A program made the translations under genes and the position numbers. A stretch of DNA of 58,486 nucleotides from a virus (Duplodnaviria; Caudoviricetes). The stretch's first letter is position 1; every line of letters starts with the position of its first letter. Shown here one piece after another: positions 1 through 10,561 of this stretch. The notes under the pieces are model-generated. The model did not search any database, was not told the DNA's origin, and worked only from the letters and a program-made list of their open reading frames with translations. Location: positions 1-58,486 of the IMG/VR virus record IMGVR_UViG_3300032246_000177, one strand, 5' to 3'.

Positions 1-555
1 GAAGCTACTGCTGGTGGATTAACCACTAAGCAGTTAATGGCTGCTAACATGGGCATGAATGCTTTAAAAAGTGGTTTTGGTGGTGCATCGGGTCAAGGCG
101 GAACTACTGGCGGTCAATCTACTCCAACTATGCAAATGCCAAATCAACCATATATTGCACCAACCATGCTTGCTACTCCAAACTACGGCAAGCTTTATGA
201 TGCGCAGATCTACAATTACAATACTAGACGTGCAGCTCAGGGCGGTATGATGTATGGAAATGGTGGCGGAATTTCTACACTTGGTTCATACTCTGATGGT
301 GGCCGTCTATTGAAAGGCCCCGGCGATGGTATGTCTGATGACATTCCAGCCCATATAGGAGAAAAACAGCCAGCAGCTTTGGCTGATGGGGAATTTGTGG
401 TCCCAGCAGATGTAGTAAGTCACTTAGGTAATGGCTCTACAGACGCTGGCGCTAAACAGTTGTACAAAATGATGGATCGGATTCGTGAAGCCCGCACTGG
501 ACAAAAGAGGCAGGGCAGACAGATCAATCCAAATAAATTTTTACCAAAAGGTTAA
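1..555 (+). CDS. Internal virion protein, 5'-truncated
   Basis: Frame is open from base 1. C-terminal GPGDGMSDDIPA...LADGEFVVPAD module typical of phage internal/tape-measure-associated proteins. First gene of the ejection-protein cluster. Confidence 0.7.
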   Translation, partial: EATAGGLTTKQLMAANMGMNALKSGFGGASGQGGTTGGQSTPTMQMPNQPYIAPTMLATPNYGKLYDAQIYNYNTRRAAQGGMMYGNGGGISTLGSYSDGGRLLKGPGDGMSDDIPAHIGEKQPAALADGEFVVPADVVSHLGNGSTDAGAKQLYKMMDRIREARTGQKRQGRQINPNKFLPKG

Positions 556-558
556 ACC

Positions 559-2061
559 ATGGCAATTACAACACAAGGTATTGATACCTCCAGTCCAGCA
601 GGGATGACGACACAAACGTCTACACCCTCAATCCAACCTTGGGCGCAACCGTACATTAGCAATTACTTAAATGCTACTCAGAATTTAATTCAAAACCAAC
701 AAACCCCTGAGCTATTAAACCAGTCTTACATAGATGCTAAAAACCTAACTCTTCCTGGTGGATTTGCATCTGGTTCAGCATTAGCACAGGCTGGTGGACA
801 AGGTTCTTTAAGTACCGCTCCTATTGCTTTGCAGTATGGTCAGCAAGGCGCTGGTTATGGCGCTCAAGGCGTTAAGTATGGCGAGACTGGCGCTGCAATG
901 GGTACTGCAGCAAGTCGTGCTGGTGACCTGTATGCACAGCAAGCTACTAATCCAGCAGCTGTTCAAGCCTACATGAACCCTTACATTCAGCAATCTTTAG
1001 ACCCACAACTAAAATTACTGAATCAGCAACAACAAATAGCCGCACAAGGAATCAATGCTCAAGCAGCAGGTCAAGGTGCATTTGGCGGTAATCGTGCCAC
1101 TTTAGCCCAAGGCTTAAATGCTCAGAATTATGATTTTGCTCGACAACAAGCCATTGGTCAAGGCTATAACACTGCATTCCAACAAGCACAACAAGCTCAA
1201 CAATTTGGCGCTGGCTTAGGTTTACAAGGCTTACAAACTGGTATACAAGGTCAGCAATTAGGTTTGGCTGGTCTTGGAACTGCAATGCAAGGTTCACAAG
1301 TTGGTTTACAAGGCGTTCAAGGCGCTCAGCAAGGTTACGCTGGCGCTACTACTGCTGGCGGTACATTAGGTAACATTGCAGCTCAACAAGCTCAAGCTCA
1401 ATTAGCACAAGCTCAATTGAAGAACCAGTTTGGTTTGCAACAACAAATGTTCCCATACCAGCAACAGCAGTATGCTCAGTCAATGATGTCTAACTTGCCG
1501 TTCCAAAGCGCATCACAAACAAGCAATCAATACACATCTCCTCCTAATGCGCTTGGTACTGGTATCAATCTTGGTACTAGCTTGTTAGGTGCGGGTTTAA
1601 TATATAAAGCATTAGGTACTCCTGGAGCTTCTGGAGGATTGGCAAAAGATATTAAAGAAAGAAAATCTTATGCTGCAGGTGGAATGGCAGAAGGCTTAGC
1701 CCCTGCATATGGGTCTGATGCTAATCCAATTCCTATGGGTCAAATGGGTGGTGCTGGTATTGCCGATCTTCTTCAAGCAAGAGAAGCTGGACTAGCTCCT
1801 GCATTTAGTGGATCCAATGAAGACTATGTAAACTCTTTGTATCAAAACATGCTTGGTAGACAAGCGGATCAAGGTGGCTATCAGCATAACTTAGATCTAT
1901 TAAATTCTGGCAAGGTTAGCGCTCAAGATTTAGCTGGCGCATTCCGTAATTCAGCAGAAGGTCAAAGCATGCCAAATAGGTATCAATTAATGGGCGCTGG
2001 TATGCCAGCTCGCAGCGGTCTTGCTGATATTCGTTTAAATCAATTATTGGGCGCAGCATGA
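559..2061 (+). CDS. Q/G/A-rich DNA ejection (pilot-like) protein with C-terminal DUF4214-like domain
   Basis: GAFGGNRA motif and Gln-rich helices. YVNSLYQNMLGRQADQGGY...FRNSAE resembles DUF4214. Confidence 0.65.
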   Translation: MAITTQGIDTSSPAGMTTQTSTPSIQPWAQPYISNYLNATQNLIQNQQTPELLNQSYIDAKNLTLPGGFASGSALAQAGGQGSLSTAPIALQYGQQGAGYGAQGVKYGETGAAMGTAASRAGDLYAQQATNPAAVQAYMNPYIQQSLDPQLKLLNQQQQIAAQGINAQAAGQGAFGGNRATLAQGLNAQNYDFARQQAIGQGYNTAFQQAQQAQQFGAGLGLQGLQTGIQGQQLGLAGLGTAMQGSQVGLQGVQGAQQGYAGATTAGGTLGNIAAQQAQAQLAQAQLKNQFGLQQQMFPYQQQQYAQSMMSNLPFQSASQTSNQYTSPPNALGTGINLGTSLLGAGLIYKALGTPGASGGLAKDIKERKSYAAGGMAEGLAPAYGSDANPIPMGQMGGAGIADLLQAREAGLAPAFSGSNEDYVNSLYQNMLGRQADQGGYQHNLDLLNSGKVSAQDLAGAFRNSAEGQSMPNRYQLMGAGMPARSGLADIRLNQLLGAA

Positions 2062-4331
2062 ACATTTCACAGCTATCCGAACAGTTAAAAGACGTTCCAC
2101 AAGGTACCCTTGTTGGCTATGCAAAGAATCCTAATAGCGTAGTTCCTCAGTTCTTAGCATTAGCTGAGATTCAACGCCGTCAGCATTTACAGGCACAAGC
2201 TCCAGCTCCTACAGGAACTGTTGCTGATGATGTGTTGGCACAGGCTAACCCAGTGCCACAGCAAATGATGCCTCAACAGATGGCTCCTCAACAAGTAGAT
2301 CCTCGTGTATTGCAGGCTCAGGCTATGCAACAACAAGCTCAACAACTACCAGAGAATCAACCTGGCGTAGCCCAGCTACCTACGGGTATGCCACAAGGCA
2401 TGGCTTCTGGCGGTATTGTTGCGTTTGCTGGTGGTGGATCATCTATGTTAGAAGACGATGACGATGAAGACAAAGAGTTAGAAAGATTGTTTCCTGGACC
2501 TAGCGTTACAACCGAAGACATTATGGCATTAGCTCAAAGGGCTAAGTCTGGAGTTCGTTCCGTTGTTGACAGATTGCCACAATCTTATGATCAAGCATTA
2601 GCTGCAAAGCAAGCTTCATCTGCACCATCTTCTGTTGGTATTAAAGATTTAATTGCAAACGCTGCGTCTAAACATAACTTACCCCCTGAATTTCTAAACC
2701 GCATTGCTGGTATTGAAAGCGGTGGAGACCCTAATGCTATAAACAAAACTGGAAGTACTGCAAAAGGCTTGTTTGGATTCTTAGATAGCACATGGAAAGG
2801 TTACGGAGTTAATCCAGAAGACCGTTCTAAACCAGAAGTACAAGCTGAATATGGCGCTAAATTAGCTCGTGATAACGCAGAGTTTTTGAAAAAGAAACTA
2901 GGTCGTGACCCTTCTTACCATGAAGTATATGCAGCCAATTACTTTGGCCCAACTGGTGCAGCATCCCTGTTAAGACAAGATCCAAATACGTCAATGAAGA
3001 CAGCTTTATCAAGCTTTGAATCTCCAAAGCGTGTTGATCTAATCATGCAACAGAACCCTAATCTTCGTGGTAAAACCGTTGGGGAAGTTATTAATGGACT
3101 GCGTGGCAAGATGGGCGAAGGCATTGTTGGCTTAGCACATGGTGGAGCCGTTCAGCACTTTGCGACTGGCGATGAGGTTCGTGCAGCAATAGCTGAAAGA
3201 CAAAAGGCTTTTGATGTAGTTCAACAAAATCTTCCTGATAGCCCTTCGTCTGACTATGCTGGTTCTGTAACTAGCTGGATGGAAAGCCCTGAAGGTATTA
3301 AGCAGTTGCGTGATAGACAGATTGCTATGGAAGCTATTAGAAACAATATGCCTATTCCAAAGCTAGATAGCCCATATCAAGCCTATACTCCTAAAACTGC
3401 GGCTCAAGTGCGTCAAGAACGTACAGACGCTAAGGTGGCGGCTGAAAACAAAGAATCAAACAAGCCAACTCCAAAAGTAAACCCAGAGTTGACTCCATAC
3501 AAACTATCATCAGCAGAACAAGACATTGCAAATGCTATGGATAGCGAAGATGCAAACTTTAACAAACCATTGGTTGGTCCAATTGTTACCCAGCCATCAA
3601 GCAATGCACCGACTCCTGGTGGTGTTGCTCCTCCTGGTGCAGTAGCTCCTAAATCTAAGTCAGATTTAATAGAGGAAATGTTATCTAAAAATCTTGAATC
3701 ACAAATTGCAGAAGCTGCTCAAAACAAGAAGATGCAATTAGGTCTTTCATTGTTAGGCGCTGGTGCAGCTGGATTACAAAGTGGATCTAGATATTTAGGT
3801 CAAAACTTAGGTTCTTCATTAGCTGGTGGTGTTAATACATACGGCGCCCTTAAGAAACAAGAGCAAGATCAAAATAAAGATATTCTTGGTACACAGTTAG
3901 GTCTGTACAAGTATGCAGCTTCTAAAGAGCAGGCAATCAAAAATGCTGAAGCTTTAGAGAAGTATCGTGAAGCATCTTTGGGATTGAAGCCTACAGAAGA
4001 AGAGCGGGCTAGAGATAAGTTTAACCTTGCGCTATCTCGTAACCCACAGATGCTTGAATTAAATCGTTTAATTACAGAAGAGCAGAAGGCTGGAATGTTA
4101 ACTCCAGAAAGATATGCTCAATATCAAGCAAATATTGGATTAATAACACAAGCTTTGGCTAAACAGTACAATGTAACACCAGATGTTTTTGTCCCAATGA
4201 AGCCGGTAACAGATCCAACTAAGGTTAAAAAAGAGTGGAGCTGGAATTCTTTAAATCCTTTTTCTAGTTCTGCACCAGACAAAGGCGCTACTGGGGTAGA
4301 TCCAAACAACCCGTTGTTATCAGCAAAATAA
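2058..4331 (+). CDS. Internal virion protein with lytic transglycosylase (SLT/lysozyme-like) domain
   Basis: IAGIESGGDPNA...AKGLFGFLDSTW...YAANYFGP, with the catalytic ES motif. ATGA overlap with the upstream gene. Confidence 0.75.
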   Translation: MNISQLSEQLKDVPQGTLVGYAKNPNSVVPQFLALAEIQRRQHLQAQAPAPTGTVADDVLAQANPVPQQMMPQQMAPQQVDPRVLQAQAMQQQAQQLPENQPGVAQLPTGMPQGMASGGIVAFAGGGSSMLEDDDDEDKELERLFPGPSVTTEDIMALAQRAKSGVRSVVDRLPQSYDQALAAKQASSAPSSVGIKDLIANAASKHNLPPEFLNRIAGIESGGDPNAINKTGSTAKGLFGFLDSTWKGYGVNPEDRSKPEVQAEYGAKLARDNAEFLKKKLGRDPSYHEVYAANYFGPTGAASLLRQDPNTSMKTALSSFESPKRVDLIMQQNPNLRGKTVGEVINGLRGKMGEGIVGLAHGGAVQHFATGDEVRAAIAERQKAFDVVQQNLPDSPSSDYAGSVTSWMESPEGIKQLRDRQIAMEAIRNNMPIPKLDSPYQAYTPKTAAQVRQERTDAKVAAENKESNKPTPKVNPELTPYKLSSAEQDIANAMDSEDANFNKPLVGPIVTQPSSNAPTPGGVAPPGAVAPKSKSDLIEEMLSKNLESQIAEAAQNKKMQLGLSLLGAGAAGLQSGSRYLGQNLGSSLAGGVNTYGALKKQEQDQNKDILGTQLGLYKYAASKEQAIKNAEALEKYREASLGLKPTEEERARDKFNLALSRNPQMLELNRLITEEQKAGMLTPERYAQYQANIGLITQALAKQYNVTPDVFVPMKPVTDPTKVKKEWSWNSLNPFSSSAPDKGATGVDPNNPLLSAK

Positions 4332-4340
4332 AGGATACCC

Positions 4341-7300
4341 ATGCCTAGTTTGTTAGAGATCTTAGATGATCCAAACTATGTCAATGCTAATGAAGAAACA
4401 AAGCAGGCTATCTTTAATAAGTACTCTGCTACTGATGATAACTTTGTCAAAGCTAATCCTGCTACACAAGAAGCTATTCGTGTAAAGTTTGGGGTTGCAG
4501 TCCCTTCAGGCGAAGAGGGTGATTCATTAGCCGCATTTGGGCATGGTGTATTGCGTGGGGCATTGCCAGCCGCTGCTGGTATCGTATCTGGTGCCGCTGG
4601 TGCTACTGCTGGTATGGCTGCTGGTCCAGTTGGCGCAGTAGTCGGCGGTCTAGGAGCTGGCTTTGCAGGCTCTGCCGCAACCGCAGCAGCTCAAGAAAAG
4701 TTTCTAGAGGAAAACCCTAAGTTTGCTAAAGCCCTTGGTTTAGATGTGGCTACTGCCGCTAGAGAAGCTAGGGTAAACCCTTATGCATCTATGTCTGGTG
4801 AGATTGCTCCTAACTTATTAGCATTCCGCCCAAGCGGTGCTATGTTTAGAAGTGCCAAAGGACTTGAAGAAGCCGCCGCTAAAAAGGTTATAGCTGAGCG
4901 AGCAGCCGCTATTACAAACTCCGTCATCAATACGGGCGTTGGCGCTGGTATGCAAGTCGGTCAGGAAGCTTTAGGCGAAGAGCCTATTGACTGGAATAAG
5001 GTTGGTATTGCCGCATTAGGTGGTGCGTTAGGACAGAAAGAAACATCGCTTGGTAGAGGTCTTACAACCCTAGGCGAATTGCCAGCCTCTGCAGCTACCA
5101 AGGCGGCTATAAACGCTTTGCGTAGACCTACCCCTGAACCAGCCCCAGAACTCGTCTCTAAAGCCCCAGAAACAACTGCTGGAGGTGTACCCAAGTCTCA
5201 GTCTGTAGATACTGAGGCTATGATGAATCTCATTCCTGAAGCCGAAAGACCAGCAATTATTCCTTCTGAAATAGCAAAGCCAGAAACTCAAATTACACCT
5301 ATTCCAAAAGCTGAAGTTCCAAAGGCTGAATTATCTTTAAAAGATGTTGCTGACCAAGCAAAAGTAATGACTCCAGAAGAGTTTAAAGAGTTTGCTAGCA
5401 AAGGAAAAATTAATACCGCTAAAACATCAGAAAAAAGTTTAGATGATTTTTTAACTGGAAAATCTAAATTTGCAGATTTAGGTGAATTAAATTGGGAAGA
5501 TCCAGCTACTTACGATTTAACAGACCCTTTGGAAAAAGCTGGGTTTAAGATTTTTCAAGACGAAAGATCTGGAGCAACTTATGTTGCCGAGTCGGAAAAA
5601 GATTTAAAAGGAATTTTAAAGGCAGAAAGTGCAATGGAGTACGGTCATGCATATGGCTATGCCCCAGAAGATATTGCCCACTTTTATATGAAAAGACGTG
5701 GTGGCAATTTAGATGCAGCATATCAAGAGTACATTAAAGAAGCCAAGTTAATTGCAGATGAACAGGCAGCTAAAATGGCAGAGTCTGTTGTTCCTGAATC
5801 ACAAGAAGTGGTTAAACCTGCCACAAAAGAAACTTTATCGGAAGAGCAGATTACTCCTGTTTCTGATAAGTTTGCTGCAGAGCATGCAGAGCTTGGTAAA
5901 ACATTGCGAGAATCTCTTGATCAGATGGGGCTTAACCATGTAGGTTTAAGTCTTGAAGACTCTTTACAAGGCTATGTAAACGGCAAGATTCAACCAGTAA
6001 CTGGTAAGTATCTACAGAATATGATTTCCCTTTCTCTGAAAGGTGAAGATATTCATAGCTCTATGAACCATGAAGCTTTACATGCTATGAAAGACAATGG
6101 ATTCTTTACTGATGCAGAATGGGGAATTCTGTCTAGCAAAGCTTTTGATTGGCTTAAAAAGTACAACATTGAAAAATCCTATGGGAATCTTTCAAAAGAA
6201 CTGAAACTTGAAGAAGCTATTGCTAAAGCCTTTGCTGACTATAAAACACAGACTCCACAAGTTAAATCAATTATCTCCAAAGCTATAGCTACGCTTCAGC
6301 GTGTTGGTAATGTATTCCGTGGTCGTGGCTTTAAGAACCATGAAGACATTTTCAAGTCAGCCGCAGAGAATAAGCTGGCTGGTAAGCGTGTTAAACCAGA
6401 AGGTGAAGCTCGTTTTGAGGTAACAGAGAAACCAGTTACTGCTCGTAATGTCCTCAATCAAGAGGTTAGCGCAAGCTTTGTAGCTCCTGAAGTTACTAGA
6501 AAGACTGAGTTCATTCGTAACTTTCAAGATCGACACATTGATCTAAAACGCACTATGGAATCTATCAGAAAGAATATTAAAGATCTTTCTGAAAAGTGGG
6601 ATCCATATCAAAAGCTTGGTTTGTTTAATAGTAAAGTGGCTGAACGCTTTAGATCATTTGCTGATAAAGAAGTTGATCCATTAGTTAAAAAGATGGATAA
6701 GCTTAAGATTACAAACGATGAGCTACATACTTACCTTTTGAATAGACGTGCGGAAAGTTACAACAACCGTATGAATAAACTTAATCCAGACATTGTAGAT
6801 GAGAACGGTAACGTCATCCCTTATAAGCTTAAGGATCGTGCGTCTTCCATACATACTGATGATGCCCGCAAGTATTTTGACGACTTAGATCCTAAGAAGA
6901 AGTCTGCTTTAGAAAACCTAGCTAAAGATGTAGATAACATTATTGATGGTACCCATAAGGTTCTTGTAGAGTCGGGAAAAGAAACTCAAGAAACCATTAA
7001 TGTTTGGAAGAAAACGGATGAAGACTATGCTCCGTTCTTCCGTGAGATGGAAGACAACAGACTATCTACTATTTCTAGAAAAGGTATTGGTACCAAAGGC
7101 TCTGCTTCTAAACGAGCTATGGGTTCTGAAAGAAAAGTTGCGGACATTTTAAACAGCATCATTGGTCAGCGTGAGCAAGCGCTTGAAAATGCTGAGCGTA
7201 TGGTAGTTGGTCGCTCATTGTTTGGTCTGACATTAAAGGCTCCTAATCCAGGTATATGGCTACCTGTTAGCCCATCTGCCATTAAGAACCCAGCGCTTTT

Positions 7301-9158
7301 AGCAAGAGAACTAGATGAGATGGGTCTTGACGGCAAGGATATTGTTGGATTAATGCAAGAGAAGAAGTCTCGTAGGATTGTTAAAGATCCAATTACTGGC
7401 GCTGAAAAGGTTGAGCATCAGGTAAATCCTTTAGAGCGTTACAAAGACAATGTACTGCCTGTTCGCATGAACGGTGAAGATAGTTACATTTTCTTTAACA
7501 AAAACGATCCTTTAGCTGCAAACATGATCCGTTCGTTTAACAACATGGATACACCAACCGTAGGATTGGTTGGCAAAGAGATCGGTAAAGTTACCCAATG
7601 GATGGCTAAGGTCAACACCCAGTGGAACCCCGTATTCGGTGCATTGAACTTTATGCGTGACTTTGGTTCAGCTATGGCTAACTTATCTAACACAGAGTTA
7701 GCTGGTCAACAGGCTAAGATTGCTGGTGGTGTGCGCAAGGCAATGAGTACCATTTGGCATACTATGCGTACTGGCGATTACCCTGATACCGAGTTTGGAA
7801 AGCTATATAAAGAGTTTAGGGAGAGTGGTGGACAGACTTTGTATCGTGAACAACTAGTAAGACGTGCTGACCAAGAAAGCATGATTAACGAAAAGATTAA
7901 TAAATTGCATAGCAATGCTGCCAAAAAGATGGCAAGTGGTTTCTTTAAAGGATTGTCTGACTTCAATGACTCAATTGAAAATGCAATTCGTTTGTCTGCA
8001 TTTAAAGCAGCTAAAGAAAAAGGATTATCTGCAGAAAAATCCGCTGCAATTGCTAAAGATTTAACAGTAAACTTTGACCGTAAAGGTGCATTAGGCTCTC
8101 AGATTAATAACTACTTTGCATTCTTTAACGCATCTGCACAAGGTACTGCTCGTATGATGCAAACTCTTGCAGGCCCAGCCGGTAAGAAGATTGCATTGGG
8201 TGGATTAGGTATTGGCGCCCTTCAAGCTGGAATGATGGAGCTTGCTGGATTTGGCGACAACGATCCACCTGAGTTTGTTAAGTCTAGGAACTTTATTATT
8301 CCAACCCCAGATGGTAAATATATTTCTATTCCATATCCATTAGGCTTGCACTTCTTACCTAACATTGGACGGATTGCTGTAGAGACTGGTTTACATGGAG
8401 ACTTTGCTAAGCATGCTTCTAATATGGCTGCTATAGTTGCTGACTCATTTAACCCATTGGGTGGTGGAGAAGTGTCGTTACAGACTATTTCTCCTACCGC
8501 ATTAGATCCAATCGTTGCATTGGCAACAAACAAAGACCCATTTGGTCGTCCTATTTCCAAGCAAGATCGTGCTACTTCACCTACTCCTGGATTTGAGCGT
8601 TCTCGTGAGCAATCTAGTGCAGTCAACAAAACTATTGCTGAGGCATTGAACTATATTACTGGTGGTACAGAAGATACCAAGGGCTTTTTAAGCCCAACAG
8701 CAGATCAATTAGATTACTTAGTAGGCCAAGTTACTGGTGGTGTTGGTCGTGAGATTATGAAGATTAGCAAGACGGCTGGTGCAGTTGCTAAGGGTGAAAC
8801 AGAAGATCTAGCATCTTATGATATTCCATTGGCTGGAAGATTCTATGGAGATACAAAATCTAATGCGGCCAATTCACAACATTTTTACGACAATGTAACT
8901 AAGATGGCTGAGCATGAGGCAGTAATTAAAGGTATGCGAGAGCGCAAAGAAAATGTTGCTGAATACCTTAGTGAAAATCCTGATGCTCGTTTATGGCAAC
9001 AAGTTAATAATGCAGAGAACCAAATCTCTGATATTAATAAACGTCAAAAACAAATGCGTAAATTAAATGCGGATGAAGACAAGATTAAAGCCTTAAATGA
9101 TCGTAAACAACAGATTATGACAAGAATCAACGAACGGATTAATTCATTGAAAGAATAG
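4341..9158 (+). CDS. Large polyvalent ejection protein (zincin HExxH domain; C-terminal LPD38-like domain)
   Basis: 1605 aa. MNHEALH...EEAIA zincin signature. C-terminal FFNASAQG...IPYPLG...NKDPFGRPI...LDYLV region is like LPD38. Confidence 0.7.
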   Translation: MPSLLEILDDPNYVNANEETKQAIFNKYSATDDNFVKANPATQEAIRVKFGVAVPSGEEGDSLAAFGHGVLRGALPAAAGIVSGAAGATAGMAAGPVGAVVGGLGAGFAGSAATAAAQEKFLEENPKFAKALGLDVATAAREARVNPYASMSGEIAPNLLAFRPSGAMFRSAKGLEEAAAKKVIAERAAAITNSVINTGVGAGMQVGQEALGEEPIDWNKVGIAALGGALGQKETSLGRGLTTLGELPASAATKAAINALRRPTPEPAPELVSKAPETTAGGVPKSQSVDTEAMMNLIPEAERPAIIPSEIAKPETQITPIPKAEVPKAELSLKDVADQAKVMTPEEFKEFASKGKINTAKTSEKSLDDFLTGKSKFADLGELNWEDPATYDLTDPLEKAGFKIFQDERSGATYVAESEKDLKGILKAESAMEYGHAYGYAPEDIAHFYMKRRGGNLDAAYQEYIKEAKLIADEQAAKMAESVVPESQEVVKPATKETLSEEQITPVSDKFAAEHAELGKTLRESLDQMGLNHVGLSLEDSLQGYVNGKIQPVTGKYLQNMISLSLKGEDIHSSMNHEALHAMKDNGFFTDAEWGILSSKAFDWLKKYNIEKSYGNLSKELKLEEAIAKAFADYKTQTPQVKSIISKAIATLQRVGNVFRGRGFKNHEDIFKSAAENKLAGKRVKPEGEARFEVTEKPVTARNVLNQEVSASFVAPEVTRKTEFIRNFQDRHIDLKRTMESIRKNIKDLSEKWDPYQKLGLFNSKVAERFRSFADKEVDPLVKKMDKLKITNDELHTYLLNRRAESYNNRMNKLNPDIVDENGNVIPYKLKDRASSIHTDDARKYFDDLDPKKKSALENLAKDVDNIIDGTHKVLVESGKETQETINVWKKTDEDYAPFFREMEDNRLSTISRKGIGTKGSASKRAMGSERKVADILNSIIGQREQALENAERMVVGRSLFGLTLKAPNPGIWLPVSPSAIKNPALLARELDEMGLDGKDIVGLMQEKKSRRIVKDPITGAEKVEHQVNPLERYKDNVLPVRMNGEDSYIFFNKNDPLAANMIRSFNNMDTPTVGLVGKEIGKVTQWMAKVNTQWNPVFGALNFMRDFGSAMANLSNTELAGQQAKIAGGVRKAMSTIWHTMRTGDYPDTEFGKLYKEFRESGGQTLYREQLVRRADQESMINEKINKLHSNAAKKMASGFFKGLSDFNDSIENAIRLSAFKAAKEKGLSAEKSAAIAKDLTVNFDRKGALGSQINNYFAFFNASAQGTARMMQTLAGPAGKKIALGGLGIGALQAGMMELAGFGDNDPPEFVKSRNFIIPTPDGKYISIPYPLGLHFLPNIGRIAVETGLHGDFAKHASNMAAIVADSFNPLGGGEVSLQTISPTALDPIVALATNKDPFGRPISKQDRATSPTPGFERSREQSSAVNKTIAEALNYITGGTEDTKGFLSPTADQLDYLVGQVTGGVGREIMKISKTAGAVAKGETEDLASYDIPLAGRFYGDTKSNAANSQHFYDNVTKMAEHEAVIKGMRERKENVAEYLSENPDARLWQQVNNAENQISDINKRQKQMRKLNADEDKIKALNDRKQQIMTRINERINSLKE

Positions 9159-9175
9159 GGACTTTCCCTAACTAC

Positions 9176-9205
9176 TTGTATTTCCTTTTAAAATCAATGT
9201 AATAT
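9176..9205 (+). promoter_or_regulatory. Putative sigma70 promoter
   Basis: TTGTAT-18-TAATAT upstream of the GAGGA RBS of 9238. Confidence 0.4.
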
Positions 9206-9237
9206 GCGGATAAGTTAATAAAACTAAAGAGGAAACT

Positions 9238-10203
9238 ATGTCAAGTGGCTACTATTTAACCGATGATCAGTTTATTGAAGAATGGATGAAGCTGGGTAGT
9301 CCACAAAAGTTTGCAGAGAAACACAAAGTAAATGTTCGTTCAGTATATAACCGACGACGAACGATTGAGGTTAAGCGCAACATTGAATTACCCACTCATA
9401 ATGATGCTAGAGAATCTAGCCTTAAAAAATTACAACAAACTCCAGGTCACTCCCGCCGTGGTATAGAGATGGAAAAGGGTCGAGTAGTAGTCTTTTCAGA
9501 CGCTCACTTCTGGCCTGATGATGTAAGCACCTCATACAAAGCTCTTTTGATGATCATCAAAGAGTTTCGCCCACAGGTCGTAGTGGCAAATGGAGATATG
9601 TTTGACGGGTCACAGGCTAGCCGCCATGCTCGTATTGGCTGGGAGAAAACCCCAACAGTTAAAGAAGAGTTAGAGGCCTGTCAGGAAATGATGGCTGGCA
9701 TTGAGAAAGCCGCTATAGGAGCAGAGCTTATCTGGACATTAGGAAACCATGACGCCCGCTTTGAGACTTTCTTATCAGCTCAGATGGGTACATATGAGGG
9801 AGTAGCAGGGTTTACCCTTAAAGATCATTTTCCACTATGGAAACCATGCTGGTCATACTGGATCAATGAAGATACTGTTATTAAACACCGCTGGAAGGGT
9901 GGTTTTGGAGCTGGTCGTGCCAATACCCTTAATTCGGGCTGTAACATCATTACAGGCCACACACACAATTTGGCTGTCCAACCCTTCACTGACTACAACG
10001 GAACCCGCTATGGCGTTCAAACGGGCTGCCTAGCGAACATCCATGGAGAACAGTTCATGGCATATACAGAAGATAATCCCAAGGACTGGAGAGAAGGGTT
10101 TGCCCTGTTATCATTTGAGGAGGGCAGACTTATGCTGCCTGAGCTAATCCAAGTATGTGGTGAGGATCGTTTTGAATTTAGAGGGTGCATCAATAAGGTA
10201 TGA
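9238..10203 (+). CDS. Calcineurin-like metallophosphoesterase with N-terminal HTH-like segment
   Basis: SDAH, NGDMFD, GNHD and GHTH motifs. Confidence 0.85.
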   Translation: MSSGYYLTDDQFIEEWMKLGSPQKFAEKHKVNVRSVYNRRRTIEVKRNIELPTHNDARESSLKKLQQTPGHSRRGIEMEKGRVVVFSDAHFWPDDVSTSYKALLMIIKEFRPQVVVANGDMFDGSQASRHARIGWEKTPTVKEELEACQEMMAGIEKAAIGAELIWTLGNHDARFETFLSAQMGTYEGVAGFTLKDHFPLWKPCWSYWINEDTVIKHRWKGGFGAGRANTLNSGCNIITGHTHNLAVQPFTDYNGTRYGVQTGCLANIHGEQFMAYTEDNPKDWREGFALLSFEEGRLMLPELIQVCGEDRFEFRGCINKV

Positions 10204-10547
10204 AGCTAACGCCAGCAATCCTACGGAATTTGTACAGTGCAATCTACTGTATGAAGCCGTTTGCTCGCTGGTCTATGCCTTTGCCTGAAGAGATTCATTT
10301 TGTAGTTGACCAAGATCCAGAAGTCATGGGTACTTATTACTACGATGATGGCGGTGATCACGAACATACAATCACTATTTCAGATAAAAAATGTGGTCAT
10401 TTATCGACTGTTATTCGGGTCCTATGCCACGAAGCCGTCCATATGAGCCGATGGAAAACTAATCGCTGGACACATCACGATAAAGAGTTTAGGCGGCGTA
10501 CTAAAGTTATATCCGATGAATTGGGCTTCGATCCGCTAGAATTGTAA
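10200..10547 (+). CDS. SprT-like zinc metalloprotease-fold protein
   Basis: LCHEAVH followed by HDKEF. Coupled by ATGA overlap. Confidence 0.65.
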   Translation: MKLTPAILRNLYSAIYCMKPFARWSMPLPEEIHFVVDQDPEVMGTYYYDDGGDHEHTITISDKKCGHLSTVIRVLCHEAVHMSRWKTNRWTHHDKEFRRRTKVISDELGFDPLEL

Positions 10548-10561
10548 GATATACTATCCAA

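Noticed and set aside
808-8629. Minus-strand ORFs inside the ejection genes
   Set aside because: Antisense shadows of long + strand genes, with no RBS or recognisable motifs.
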